Positions 51,817 through 64,000 of a stretch of 64,000 bases of DNA are shown here, piece by piece (positions within the stretch are counted from its first letter, which is position 1; every line of letters begins with the position of its first letter). The stretch is from Escherichia coli. GTDB taxonomy: Bacteria > Pseudomonadota > Gammaproteobacteria > Enterobacterales > Enterobacteriaceae. Where the stretch lies: the NCBI RefSeq assembly GCF_003334385.1, contig NZ_QOWN01000016.1. One strand, written 5' to 3'. The position numbers were made by a program, and so were the translations under genes. The notes below the pieces were generated by a model that searched no databases, was not told where the DNA came from, and saw nothing but the letters and a program-made list of their open reading frames with translations.

Positions 51817-53250
51817 CTAATTGTTCTGATAAATATCTTTATACAAACGGCTTTCAAAACGCACTAACGGAATACGGCGATTACGCTGATCCGCAGGTTC
51901 TACTGCATAGCCAGAAAGATATTGCACAAACGCCATTCGTTGCCCGCTCGCTGTGGTAATGAATCCCGCCAGGTTATATACCCCCTGCAACGAACCGGTT
52001 TTCGCTGAGACTTTTCCATCCACGCCCGCCTGATGCAGACCTGCACGGTACTGCAAAGAGCCGTCATAGCCCGCCAGCGGCAGCATGGAGATAAAGTTAA
52101 GTTCATTGTCGTGTTGGACAATGTATTGCAGCACCTGCATCATGGTGGCGGGGGCAATCAGGTTATGCCGCGAAAGCCCTGAACCATCGGCAATAATGGT
52201 GTTTCCAATATCGACACCGGCTTGCTGGCGCAGGATCTGACGCACGGCGTCCGACCCGGCCCGCCATGTTCCAGGCACATTGAAGCGCGCATGGCCTATC
52301 ATGCGGAAAACCGTATCGGCGATCATGTTGTCCGACTTTTTCAGCATAATCTTAAGCAGATCGTGCAGCGGGGCCGACTGTTTACTGGCAACTACCGTTC
52401 CAGGTTCGTTAACCTGAGTCTGGCGCAGCAGTGTTCCGCTCCAGGTGATACCCGCCTGTTTTAACTCATCTTTCAGAATTGCACCGGCATAGCTGGCTCC
52501 ATCCTGCACGGCAAAAGCCAACGGGAGCGGCTCAGAACGTTGTGGCAGGCATCCCGTCAGCGTAAAGCGGTTCAGGTCGCCTGGCACCACATCCAGTTCG
52601 CAGTATTGCGCTTCGGCAGAACCACGGGGGAGGGTGCGTACCTGGCTGAACATCGTAACGGGGTAATAAGATGCCACGCGTATAAAAGCCATATCACCAG
52701 GCTTTGGGGCACTGTAGAGCGAGACGGAGAAACAGTTGCGGTCAACTATGGCGGCGGCAGGCGGAGCGCTAAAGCATTGTGTCATGTCATTCCATGGCCA
52801 GCCGGGGGCTTTATCGTGGCTGGCGAAAATGGAGGTATCTATCAACACATTGCCATCGATTTGGTTGACGCCAGATTTTTTCAAAGTCGCGACCATATTG
52901 CGAATATCCTGACGTTTTAACGTCGGATCGGCACCAAATCGCGCCACTAAGTCACCCTTAAGTACGCCGTTTTCCACATTGCCTTTGGTTTCAAGCGTCG
53001 TGGTAAAACGAAAATCGGGGCCGAGTTGAATCAACGCCGCCAGCGCAGTAATCACTTTCTGGGTACTGGCAGGCAGCGCCATCTGCTGACTGTGGTAATC
53101 AATAGCGGGGGCCGACGCGCCGACTTTTTGCACCATCAGGGCAAGGTTGGCACCAGCGGGGAGTTGAGTAATGTACTCATCAACATTTGCGGCCTGAACA
53201 CTGAACGCTATACAGCTGGTCAATCCGATGATAAATCTGGAAAATCGCAT
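51817..53250 (-). CDS. dacB: D-alanyl-D-alanine carboxypeptidase/endopeptidase PBP4
   Basis: 477-aa ORF with signal peptide; STQK active-site motif. Confidence 0.94.
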   Translation of the reverse strand: MRFSRFIIGLTSCIAFSVQAANVDEYITQLPAGANLALMVQKVGASAPAIDYHSQQMALPASTQKVITALAALIQLGPDFRFTTTLETKGNVENGVLKGDLVARFGADPTLKRQDIRNMVATLKKSGVNQIDGNVLIDTSIFASHDKAPGWPWNDMTQCFSAPPAAAIVDRNCFSVSLYSAPKPGDMAFIRVASYYPVTMFSQVRTLPRGSAEAQYCELDVVPGDLNRFTLTGCLPQRSEPLPLAFAVQDGASYAGAILKDELKQAGITWSGTLLRQTQVNEPGTVVASKQSAPLHDLLKIMLKKSDNMIADTVFRMIGHARFNVPGTWRAGSDAVRQILRQQAGVDIGNTIIADGSGLSRHNLIAPATMMQVLQYIVQHDNELNFISMLPLAGYDGSLQYRAGLHQAGVDGKVSAKTGSLQGVYNLAGFITTASGQRMAFVQYLSGYAVEPADQRNRRIPLVRFESRLYKDIYQNN

Positions 53251-53350
53251 AATCTCGCGCTAACAACCTGGAATCGAGCCGTCATACTACGGCGCAACGC
53301 CCTATAAAGTAAACGATGACCCTTCGGGAACTTCAGGGTAAAATGACTAT

Positions 53351-53403
53351 CAAAATGTGAATTGTAGCTGACCTGGGACTTGTACCCGGGTCGGTATTTT
53401 TTT
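53351..53403 (+). ncRNA. graL: greA leader transcript with intrinsic terminator (GraL-like attenuator)
   Basis: Candidate -10 TAAAAT near 53339-53344; hairpin GACCUGGG...CCCGGGUC followed by a T-run at 53395-53403, about 95 bp upstream of greA ATG. Confidence 0.5.
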
Positions 53404-53497
53404 GCTTCTGGCCCCGGTAAGGAGTTATGCCGGGCAGGCCGAACAGCCGGGGTGGGTGAAGACTTGCCCTATCAGGAATATTCAAGAGGTATAACAA

Positions 53498-53974
<477 letters not shown>

Positions 53975-54017
53975 GAATTACCCAATACTCAAGATGTTGA
54001 TGTATTGTAAAGAAAGG

Positions 54018-54045
54018 AAAAAGGCCGCTATGCGGCCTTTTATCA
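54018..54045. terminator. terminator between convergent greA and yhbY
   Basis: AAAAAGGCCGCTATGCGGCCTTTTATC. Confidence 0.75.
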
Positions 54046-54129
54046 ACGAACAGAGCGTGGCATTTTGCTCTCCTGCCTGCGGAAAACCCCTCGTTTTACA
54101 CAGCAAATGTGTGTAACTTTAGGATAATC

Positions 54130-54423
54130 TTAGCGTGGCAGCGAGATTTTACGTTCTTTAGTTGGGCGATAAAGCACCAGCGTTTTACCGATGACCTGTA
54201 CATTACAGGCGCCGGTTTCGCGCACGATAGCTTCCACGATCAAGGTTTTAGTTTCGCGATCTTCGGTGGCGATTTTCACCTTGATGAGTTCATGGTGCTC
54301 TAACGCTTGTTCAATCTCGGCCAGCACCCCTTCGGTCAAACCATTACTGCCAAGCAGAACAACTGGCTTGAGCGGATGTGCCAGACCTTTCAGGTGCTGT
54401 TTTTGTTTAGTACTCAGATTCAT
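54130..54423 (-). CDS. yhbY: CRS1/YhbY-family RNA-binding protein
   Basis: 97-aa ORF MNLSTKQKQHLKGLAHPLKPVV. Confidence 0.9.
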   Translation of the reverse strand: MNLSTKQKQHLKGLAHPLKPVVLLGSNGLTEGVLAEIEQALEHHELIKVKIATEDRETKTLIVEAIVRETGACNVQVIGKTLVLYRPTKERKISLPR

Positions 54424-54548
54424 CGTATTTTTTGCTTACGTTGGGATTGAAAACGGGTCATTCTACCGCCATCTCCCATATATCACCAAATAGGCGCGTA
54501 AAAATTTACGCAATTGGTTACGATGAGTTATCCCCATGGGAAAGTTAA

Positions 54549-55178
54549 ATGACAGGTAAGAAGCGTTCTGCCAGCTCCAGCCGCTGGCTTCAGGAACACT
54601 TTAGCGATAAATATGTTCAACAGGCACAGAAAAAGGGGTTACGTTCCCGTGCCTGGTTTAAACTTGATGAAATACAGCAAAGTGACAAACTCTTTAAACC
54701 GGGAATGACGGTTGTCGACCTTGGTGCTGCTCCGGGTGGTTGGTCACAATATGTGGTCACCCAAATTGGCGGCAAAGGCCGCATCATCGCTTGCGATCTT
54801 TTACCTATGGATCCTATCGTTGGTGTGGACTTTCTTCAGGGCGATTTTCGTGATGAACTGGTGATGAAAGCACTGCTGGAGCGCGTTGGCGACAGCAAAG
54901 TCCAGGTTGTCATGTCCGATATGGCACCAAACATGAGCGGAACACCGGCGGTGGATATCCCCCGTGCCATGTATCTGGTGGAACTGGCGCTAGAAATGTG
55001 TCGTGATGTATTAGCGCCAGGTGGCAGTTTTGTAGTGAAGGTGTTCCAGGGCGAAGGTTTCGATGAGTATCTAAGGGAAATTCGCTCCCTGTTTACGAAG
55101 GTCAAAGTTCGTAAGCCGGACTCTTCTCGTGCACGTTCGCGGGAAGTGTATATTGTAGCGACCGGGCGTAAACCCTAA
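54549..55178 (+). CDS. rlmE: 23S rRNA U2552 2'-O-methyltransferase RlmE (FtsJ)
   Basis: 209-aa ORF; SAM-binding motif [13 protein letters not shown]. Confidence 0.95.
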
Positions 55179-55277
55179 CCGGGAGATTTCAGACGAAAGT
55201 TTGAAAGATGCTGGATATAGAGTATCCTGACGCTGTTTTTAACACAGTTGTAATAAGAGGTTAATCCCTTGAGTGAC

Positions 55278-57212
55278 ATGGCGAAAAACCTAATACTCTG
55301 GCTGGTCATTGCCGTTGTGCTGATGTCAGTATTCCAGAGCTTTGGGCCCAGCGAGTCTAATGGCCGTAAGGTGGATTACTCTACCTTCCTACAAGAGGTC
55401 AATAACGACCAGGTTCGTGAAGCGCGTATCAACGGACGTGAAATCAACGTTACCAAGAAAGATAGTAACCGTTATACCACTTACATTCCGGTTCAGGATC
55501 CGAAATTACTGGATAACCTGTTGACCAAGAACGTCAAGGTTGTCGGTGAACCGCCTGAAGAACCAAGCCTGCTGGCTTCTATCTTCATCTCCTGGTTCCC
55601 GATGCTGTTGCTGATTGGTGTCTGGATCTTCTTCATGCGTCAAATGCAGGGCGGCGGTGGCAAAGGTGCCATGTCGTTTGGTAAGAGCAAAGCGCGCATG
55701 CTGACGGAAGATCAGATCAAAACGACCTTTGCTGACGTTGCGGGCTGCGACGAAGCAAAAGAAGAAGTTGCTGAACTGGTTGAGTATCTGCGCGAGCCGA
55801 GCCGCTTCCAGAAACTCGGCGGTAAGATCCCGAAAGGCGTCTTGATGGTCGGTCCTCCGGGTACCGGTAAAACGCTGCTGGCGAAAGCGATTGCAGGCGA
55901 AGCGAAAGTTCCGTTCTTTACTATCTCCGGTTCTGACTTCGTAGAAATGTTCGTCGGTGTGGGTGCATCCCGTGTTCGTGACATGTTCGAACAGGCGAAG
56001 AAAGCGGCACCGTGCATCATCTTTATCGATGAAATCGACGCCGTAGGCCGCCAGCGTGGCGCTGGTCTGGGCGGTGGTCACGATGAACGTGAACAGACTC
56101 TGAACCAGATGCTGGTTGAGATGGATGGCTTCGAAGGTAACGAAGGTATCATCGTTATCGCCGCGACTAACCGTCCGGACGTTCTCGACCCGGCCCTGCT
56201 GCGTCCTGGCCGTTTCGACCGTCAGGTTGTGGTCGGCTTGCCAGATGTTCGCGGTCGTGAGCAGATCCTGAAAGTTCACATGCGTCGCGTACCATTGGCA
56301 CCCGATATCGACGCGGCAATCATTGCCCGTGGTACTCCTGGTTTCTCCGGTGCTGACCTGGCGAACCTGGTGAACGAAGCGGCACTGTTCGCTGCTCGTG
56401 GCAACAAACGCGTTGTGTCGATGGTTGAGTTCGAGAAAGCGAAAGACAAAATCATGATGGGTGCGGAACGTCGCTCCATGGTGATGACGGAAGCGCAGAA
56501 AGAATCGACGGCTTACCACGAAGCGGGTCATGCGATTATCGGTCGCCTGGTGCCGGAACACGATCCGGTGCACAAAGTGACGATTATCCCACGCGGTCGT
56601 GCGCTGGGTGTGACTTTCTTCTTGCCTGAGGGCGACGCAATCAGCGCCAGCCGTCAGAAACTGGAAAGCCAGATTTCTACGCTGTACGGTGGTCGTCTGG
56701 CAGAAGAGATCATCTACGGGCCGGAACATGTATCTACCGGTGCGTCCAACGATATTAAAGTTGCGACCAACCTGGCACGTAACATGGTGACTCAGTGGGG
56801 CTTCTCTGAGAAATTGGGTCCACTGCTGTACGCGGAAGAAGAAGGTGAAGTGTTCCTCGGCCGTAGCGTAGCGAAAGCGAAACATATGTCCGATGAAACT
56901 GCACGTATCATCGACCAGGAAGTGAAAGCACTGATTGAGCGTAACTATAATCGTGCGCGTCAGCTTCTGACCGACAATATGGATATTCTGCATGCGATGA
57001 AAGATGCTCTCATGAAATATGAGACTATCGACGCACCGCAGATTGATGACCTGATGGCACGTCGCGATGTACGTCCGCCAGCGGGCTGGGAAGAACCAGG
57101 CGCTTCTAACAATTCTGGCGACAATGGTAGTCCAAAGGCTCCTCGTCCGGTTGATGAACCGCGTACGCCGAACCCGGGTAACACCATGTCAGAGCAGTTA
57201 GGCGACAAGTAA
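55278..57212 (+). CDS. ftsH: ATP-dependent zinc metalloprotease FtsH
   Basis: ORF 55269..57212; start at [19 protein letters not shown], 644 aa; Walker [14 protein letters not shown] zinc motif. Confidence 0.96.
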
Positions 57213-57244
57213 GTTCCCGCATCAGATGACTGTATTTGTACCGA

Positions 57245-57274
57245 AAACCCCGGGGCGTGCTCCGGGGTTTTTTC
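57245..57274 (+). terminator. hairpin/terminator between ftsH and folP
   Basis: AAAACCCCGGGGCGTGCTCCGGGGTTTTTTC. Confidence 0.75.
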
Positions 57275-57301
57275 TTATCAATTCATACCAGGGATAACAT
57301 C

Positions 57302-58150
57302 ATGAAACTCTTTGCCCAGGGTACTTCACTGGACCTTAGCCATCCTCACGTAATGGGGATCCTCAACGTCACGCCTGATTCCTTTTCGGATGGTGGCACG
57401 CATAACTCGCTGATAGATGCGGTGAAACATGCGAATCTGATGATCAACGCTGGCGCGACGATCATTGACGTTGGTGGCGAGTCCACGCGCCCAGGGGCGG
57501 CGGAAGTTAGCGTTGAAGAAGAGTTGCAACGTGTTATTCCTGTGGTTGAGGCAATTGCTCAACGCTTCGAAGTCTGGATCTCAGTCGATACATCCAAACC
57601 AGAAGTCATCCGTGAGTCAGCGAAAGTTGGCGCTCACATTATTAATGATATCCGCTCCCTTTCCGAACCTGGCGCTCTGGAGGCGGCTGCAGAAACCGGT
57701 TTACCGGTTTGTCTGATGCATATGCAGGGAAATCCAAAAACCATGCAGGAAGCTCCGAAGTATGACGATGTCTTTGCAGAAGTGAATCGCTACTTTATTG
57801 AGCAAATAGCACGTTGCGAGCAGGCGGGTATCGCAAAAGAGAAATTGTTGCTCGACCCCGGATTCGGTTTCGGTAAAAATCTCTCCCATAACTATTCATT
57901 ACTGGCGCGCCTGGCTGAATTTCACCATTTCAACCTGCCGCTGTTGGTGGGTATGTCACGAAAATCGATGATTGGGCAGCTGCTGAACGTGGGGCCGTCC
58001 GAGCGCCTGAGCGGTAGTCTGGCCTGTGCGGTCATTGCCGCAATGCAAGGCGCGCACATCATTCGTGTTCATGACGTCAAAGAAACCGTAGAAGCGATGC
58101 GGGTGGTGGAAGCCACTCTGTCTGCAAAGGAAAACAAACGCTATGAGTAA
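57302..58150 (+). CDS. folP: dihydropteroate synthase
   Basis: ORF 57236..58150; start at [28 protein letters not shown], 282 aa. Confidence 0.94.
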
Positions 58151-59480
58151 TCGTAAATATTTCGGTACCGATGGGATTCGTGGTCGTGTAGGGGATGCGC
58201 CGATCACACCTGATTTTGTGCTTAAGCTGGGTTGGGCCGCGGGTAAAGTGCTGGCGCGCCACGGCTCCCGTAAGATTATTATTGGTAAAGACACGCGTAT
58301 TTCTGGCTATATGCTGGAGTCAGCACTGGAAGCGGGTCTGGCGGCAGCGGGCCTTTCCGCACTCTTCACTGGCCCGATGCCAACACCGGCCGTGGCTTAT
58401 CTGACGCGTACCTTCCGCGCAGAGGCCGGAATTGTGATATCTGCATCGCATAACCCGTTCTACGATAATGGCATTAAATTCTTCTCTATCGACGGCACCA
58501 AACTGCCGGATGCGGTAGAAGAGGCCATCGAAGCGGAAATGGAAAAGGAGATCAGCTGCGTTGATTCGGCAGAACTGGGTAAAGCCAGCCGTATCGTTGA
58601 TGCCGCGGGTCGCTATATCGAGTTTTGCAAAGCCACGTTCCCGAACGAACTTAGCCTCAGTGAACTGAAGATTGTGGTGGATTGTGCAAACGGTGCGACT
58701 TATCACATCGCGCCGAACGTGCTGCGCGAACTGGGGGCGAACGTTATCGCTATCGGTTGTGAGCCAAACGGTGTAAACATCAATGCCGAAGTGGGGGCTA
58801 CCGACGTTCGCGCGCTCCAGGCTCGTGTGCTGGCTGAAAAAGCGGATCTCGGTATTGCCTTCGACGGCGATGGCGATCGCGTGATTATGGTTGACCATGA
58901 AGGCAATAAAGTCGATGGCGATCAGATCATGTATATCATCGCGCGTGAAGGTCTTCGTCAGGGCCAGCTGCGTGGTGGCGCTGTGGGTACATTGATGAGC
59001 AACATGGGGCTTGAACTGGCGCTGAAACAGTTAGGAATTCCATTTGCGCGCGCGAAAGTGGGTGACCGCTACGTACTGGAAAAAATGCAGGAGAAAGGCT
59101 GGCGTATCGGTGCAGAGAATTCCGGTCATGTGATCCTGCTGGATAAAACTACTACCGGTGACGGCATCGTTGCTGGCTTGCAGGTGCTGGCGGCGATGGC
59201 ACGTAACCATATGAGCCTGCACGACCTTTGCAGCGGCATGAAAATGTTCCCGCAGATTCTGGTTAACGTACGTTACACCGCAGGTAGCGGCGATCCACTT
59301 GAGCATGAGTCAGTTAAAGCCGTGACCGCAGAGGTTGAAGCTGCGCTGGGCAACCGTGGACGCGTGTTGCTGCGTAAATCCGGCACCGAACCGTTAATTC
59401 GCGTGATGGTGGAAGGCGAAGACGAAGCGCAGGTGACTGAATTTGCACACCGCATCGCCGATGCAGTAAAAGCCGTTTAA
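58143..59480 (+). CDS. glmM: phosphoglucosamine mutase
   Basis: 445-aa ORF; active-site SASHNP motif; 8-bp overlap with folP. Confidence 0.95.
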
Positions 59481-59499
59481 AGCGTTAGATAACTGGCTA

Positions 59500-59527
59500 A
59501 AAAGGCGGCGATTGTCGCCTTTTTTCT
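59500..59527 (+). terminator. rho-independent terminator after glmM
   Basis: AAAAAGGCGGCGATTGTCGCCTTTTTTCTC. Confidence 0.8.
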
Positions 59528-59707
59528 CAGCGAACACATCGGTTTTGCTGTTTTTTTCCGCAGTTGATACAATGCGATAAAATTGCCCTTGCGAAGGTCA
59601 TTCGCTTTGGTTAGTATTCACACCCGCTTCAGTGGGAAAGATTAAAAACTCCCGCTTTATTGGTTGAAGCATTGGTACGCGGCAACTCCGCAAGGAACAG
59701 GTTGATT

Positions 59708-60040
59708 ATGTATGAAGCTCTTTTAGTAGTTTTCCTTATTGTGGCAATTGGCCTTGTTGGTCTGATCATGCTGCAGCAAGGTAAAGGCGCTGATATGGGA
59801 GCCTCCTTCGGAGCAGGCGCTTCCGCTACGCTGTTTGGTTCAAGTGGTTCTGGTAACTTCATGACCCGCATGACGGCGCTGCTGGCAACGTTATTCTTCA
59901 TCATCAGTCTGGTGCTGGGTAACATCAATAGCAACAAAACCAATAAAGGTAGCGAATGGGAAAATCTGAGTGCACCGGCGAAAACCGAACAAACTCAGCC
60001 AGCTGCTCCGGCTAAGCCGACCAGCGATATCCCGAACTAA
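59708..60040 (+). CDS. secG: protein translocase subunit SecG
   Basis: ORF 59660..60040; start at MYEALLVVFLIVAIGLVGLIMLQQGKGADMG, 110 aa. Confidence 0.95.
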   Translation: MYEALLVVFLIVAIGLVGLIMLQQGKGADMGASFGAGASATLFGSSGSGNFMTRMTALLATLFFIISLVLGNINSNKTNKGSEWENLSAPAKTEQTQPAAPAKPTSDIPN

Positions 60041-60054
60041 AAAGTAGTATCCGT

Positions 60055-60141
60055 GCCGAGGTGGTGGAATTGGTAGACACGCTACCTTGAGGTGGTAGTG
60101 CCCAATAGGGCTTACGGGTTCAAGTCCCGTCCTCGGTACCA
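60055..60141 (+). tRNA. leuU: tRNA-Leu (anticodon GAG)
   Basis: GCCGAGGTGGTGGAATTGGTAGACACGCTACCTTGAGGTGGTAG...GGGTTCAAGTCCCGTCCTCGGTACCA; long variable arm, 3' CCA; co-transcribed with secG. Confidence 0.95.
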
Positions 60142-60149
60142 AATTCCAG

Positions 60150-60178
60150 AAAAGAGACGCTGAAAAGCGTCTTTTTTC
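60150..60178 (+). terminator. rho-independent terminator after leuU
   Basis: AAAAGAGACGCTGAAAAGCGTCTTTTTTCG. Confidence 0.8.
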
Positions 60179-60599
60179 GTTTTGGTCCTGGTCTGAGGAA
60201 TGGTTGTCAGGTATCTGTATCTCGTCCAGTTGCTTTACTCGTAGCTGGTACCTTGAAACGATGGTGCCGGTACGCCTTAGTTATAAATTTTTCCCTTCTA
60301 CTGACATAATTGGCACTTTATTGTGTCAACTCCAGTTCCGGTACGAATACGGATATGTTTACTTCTCGATAAACCATCCTGCTCCTGTCAGTATAACGAC
60401 TGATGGCTACGTTCTGCGTAATGTTTAGAGACGCATTGATAATGTTATTTAATTACTGAGAACGCAATGGCCGCATCATTTAAAAAGAAAAAACTAACAG
60501 TGTTTCGTTCTGATATGGATCAGAGTTGAAAAACATGTCTGATATAAAATTAAACATTGTTGATAATTGTTTATATTGGTTGTGAACTTGGATTTCTGG

Positions 60600-62225
60600 A
60601 TGACAGTATTCAACAAATTTGCTAGAACTTTTAAATCTCATTGGTTGTTGTATCTTTGTGTTATTGTTTTTGGTATTACGAACTTAGTCGCTTCTTCCGG
60701 AGCGCATATGGTTCAGCGCTTGCTGTTCTTCGTTCTGACCATCCTGGTTGTAAAACGTATATCATCCCTTCCGCTTCGCCTGCTTGTTACCGCACCATTT
60801 GTGTTACTGACTGCGGCAGACATGAGTATTAGCCTCTATTCATGGTGTACCTTTGGTACAACTTTCAATGATGGATTTGCGATTAGTGTGCTCCAGAGTG
60901 ATCCGGATGAAGTTGTCAAAATGCTGGGGATGTATATCCCTTATCTATGTGCCTTTGCTTTTTTATCCCTTCTTTTTTTGGCAGTAATAATAAAATATGA
61001 TGTTTCCTTGCCGACAAAAAAAGTGACAGGAATATTATTGCTGATTGTCATTTCGGGCAGTTTATTTTCCGCTTGTCAATTTGCTTATAAAGATGCAAAA
61101 AATAAAAAAGCGTTCAGTCCATATATACTAGCGTCGCGATTTGCTACCTATACGCCGTTTTTCAATCTCAACTATTTTGCTTTAGCAGCGAAAGAGCATC
61201 AAAGATTACTCTCAATTGCAAACACGGTGCCGTATTTTCAATTATCAGTCAGGGATACAGGTATTGATACCTACGTGTTGATTGTGGGGGAGTCTGTACG
61301 TGTCGACAATATGTCTTTGTATGGATATACACGCTCTACGACACCGCAAGTTGAAGCACAAAGAAAACAGATCAAACTGTTTAATCAAGCAATAAGCGGC
61401 GCACCTTACACTGCGCTGTCGGTTCCCCTTTCTTTAACTGCTGATTCTGTTTTGAGTCATGACATTCATAATTACCCCGACAACATTATTAATATGGCTA
61501 ATCAAGCAGGATTTCAGACTTTCTGGCTAAGCTCGCAATCCGCTTTTCGGCAGAATGGTACAGCAGTTACCAGTATCGCCATGCGCGCCATGGAAACAGT
61601 TTATGTCAGAGGATTTGATGAATTGTTGTTGCCGCATTTATCGCAAGCATTACAGCAAAATACGCAGCAAAAGAAACTGATTGTTCTTCATTTAAATGGA
61701 AGCCATGAACCGGCTTGTAGCGCCTATCCGCAATCCAGCGCCGTGTTTCAACCGCAGGACGATCAGGATGCCTGCTATGACAACTCCATTCATTACACAG
61801 ATAGTTTGCTAGGTCAGGTTTTTGAATTATTAAAAGATCGCCGCGCCTCGGTCATGTATTTTGCCGACCACGGCCTGGAACGTGACCCTACGAAGAAGAA
61901 CGTCTATTTTCATGGAGGCAGGGAGGCTAGCCAGCAGGCATATCATGTCCCGATGTTTATCTGGTATAGCCCCGTTCTTGGGGATGGCGTGGATCGCACA
62001 ACGGAAAACAACATCTTTTCGACAGCTTACAATAATTACCTTATTAATGCGTGGATGGGGGTAACAAAGCCGGAACAGCCGCAAACGCTTGAGGAAGTGA
62101 TTGCACACTATAAAGGAGACTCACGGGTTGTGGATGCAAACCATGATGTTTTCGATTATGTGATGCTCAGAAAGGAGTTTACAGAGGATAAGCAAGGTAA
62201 CCCCACCCCTGAAGGGCAGGGTTGA
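60600..62225 (+). CDS. yhbX: inner-membrane sulfatase / phosphoethanolamine-transferase-like protein (EptA paralog family)
   Basis: ORF 60567..62225 (the ORF track's M at 60567 is probably a TTG); annotated start is the in-frame internal ATG giving MTVFNKFARTFKSHWLLYL, 541 aa; N-terminal TM helices plus C-terminal sulfatase-like domain; AT-rich. Confidence 0.85.
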   Translation: MTVFNKFARTFKSHWLLYLCVIVFGITNLVASSGAHMVQRLLFFVLTILVVKRISSLPLRLLVTAPFVLLTAADMSISLYSWCTFGTTFNDGFAISVLQSDPDEVVKMLGMYIPYLCAFAFLSLLFLAVIIKYDVSLPTKKVTGILLLIVISGSLFSACQFAYKDAKNKKAFSPYILASRFATYTPFFNLNYFALAAKEHQRLLSIANTVPYFQLSVRDTGIDTYVLIVGESVRVDNMSLYGYTRSTTPQVEAQRKQIKLFNQAISGAPYTALSVPLSLTADSVLSHDIHNYPDNIINMANQAGFQTFWLSSQSAFRQNGTAVTSIAMRAMETVYVRGFDELLLPHLSQALQQNTQQKKLIVLHLNGSHEPACSAYPQSSAVFQPQDDQDACYDNSIHYTDSLLGQVFELLKDRRASVMYFADHGLERDPTKKNVYFHGGREASQQAYHVPMFIWYSPVLGDGVDRTTENNIFSTAYNNYLINAWMGVTKPEQPQTLEEVIAHYKGDSRVVDANHDVFDYVMLRKEFTEDKQGNPTPEGQG

Positions 62226-62232
62226 TGTCGAA

Positions 62233-63591
<1,359 letters not shown>

Positions 63592-63627
63592 TTAATTAAC
63601 TGATGATGAGCCTGTATTTCCGCTCTC

Positions 63628-63666
63628 ACTGAATTTTTATGCAAAATAAATGAGTTTTCATTTAAT
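63628..63666. promoter_or_regulatory. candidate ArgR operator (tandem ARG boxes) upstream of argG
   Basis: ACTGAATTTTTATGCAAA and ATAAATGAGTTTTCATTT resemble the TGAAT-N-ATTCA ARG-box consensus; 50-90 bp upstream of argG start. Confidence 0.4.
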
Positions 63667-63801
63667 CATCTTTTATCGGAGACAGGAAGAGTTTAGTGTG
63701 TTTTTTGTAAAATAATGCGCTTAAGGGAGAGCAGGAGAAGGCAAAAGTATTCAACAAATGAAAGTGAACTGGATATTCATTCACATGATTAGCAATAAAC
63801 G

Positions 63802-63908
63802 TTGACAAAATGTGGCGTGGATCACTATAATGCCTGCAGATTTTACGTCCCGTCTCGGTACACCAAATCCCAGCAGTATTTGCATTTTTTACCCAAAACG
63901 AGTAGAAT
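63802..63908 (+). promoter_or_regulatory. metY tRNA promoter region (two sigma-70-like promoters)
   Basis: TTGACA (63802-63807), 18-bp spacer, TATAAT (63826-63831); TTGCAT (63880-63885), 17-bp spacer, TAGAAT (63903-63908), the latter about 15 bp upstream of the tRNA 5' end. Confidence 0.6.
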
Positions 63909-63923
63909 TTGCCACGTTTCAGG

Positions 63924-64000
<77 letters not shown>

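Noticed and set aside
55506-56993. 495-aa ORF on the minus strand
   Set aside because: Lies entirely antisense to ftsH, whose identity is unambiguous; a long stop-free antisense frame is common in GC-rich coding DNA. No RBS or recognisable domain.
60204-60428. 74-aa ORF between leuU and yhbX
   Set aside because: No RBS or recognisable features; lies in AT-rich upstream DNA of yhbX. Insufficient evidence for a gene.

Overview
This 64-kb window is conserved Escherichia coli core chromosome, collinear with the K-12 MG1655 region around 3.32-3.38 Mb but given in reverse-complement orientation. Gene identities come from my recognition of the translated ORFs and RNA sequences, not from a database search. 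Gene order: mdh (3' end) - degS - degQ - zapG - zapE - rplM-rpsI - sspAB - dcuD - nanR-nanATEK-yhcH - yhcG - yhcF-yhcE-yhcD-yhcA-gltF - gltD-gltB - yhcC - arcB (with convergent ArcZ sRNA) - elbB - mtgA - yrbL - npr-rapZ-ptsN-hpf-rpoN-lptB-lptA-lptC-kdsC-kdsD - yrbG - mlaFEDCB - ibaG - murA - sfsB - ispB - rplU-rpmA - yhbE - obgE - dacB - greA - yhbY - rlmE-ftsH-folP-glmM - secG - tRNA-Leu - yhbX - argG - tRNA-fMet (metY). Every long ORF is accounted for by a known housekeeping or y-gene. I see no IS element, prophage, integrase, CRISPR array, toxin-antitoxin pair or defence island, so I do not think this window holds an undescribed multi-gene system. The points most worth a second look are: (1) a family of ~25-30-bp perfect palindromes, three of them tandemly repeated in frame inside yhcG and two solo copies 13-20 bp from the stops of yhcG/yhcH and gltD; (2) an apparently intact gltF-yhcA-yhcD-yhcE-yhcF chaperone-usher fimbrial operon, with yhcE uninterrupted (in MG1655 I recall it being split by IS5); (3) yhcG, a solitary PD-(D/E)xK nuclease-like protein of unknown function; (4) the AT-rich yhbX gene beside tRNA-Leu. 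CDS starts were refined from the ORF track where the known N-terminus is internal to the longest ORF; terminator and operator coordinates are approximate (within a few bp).
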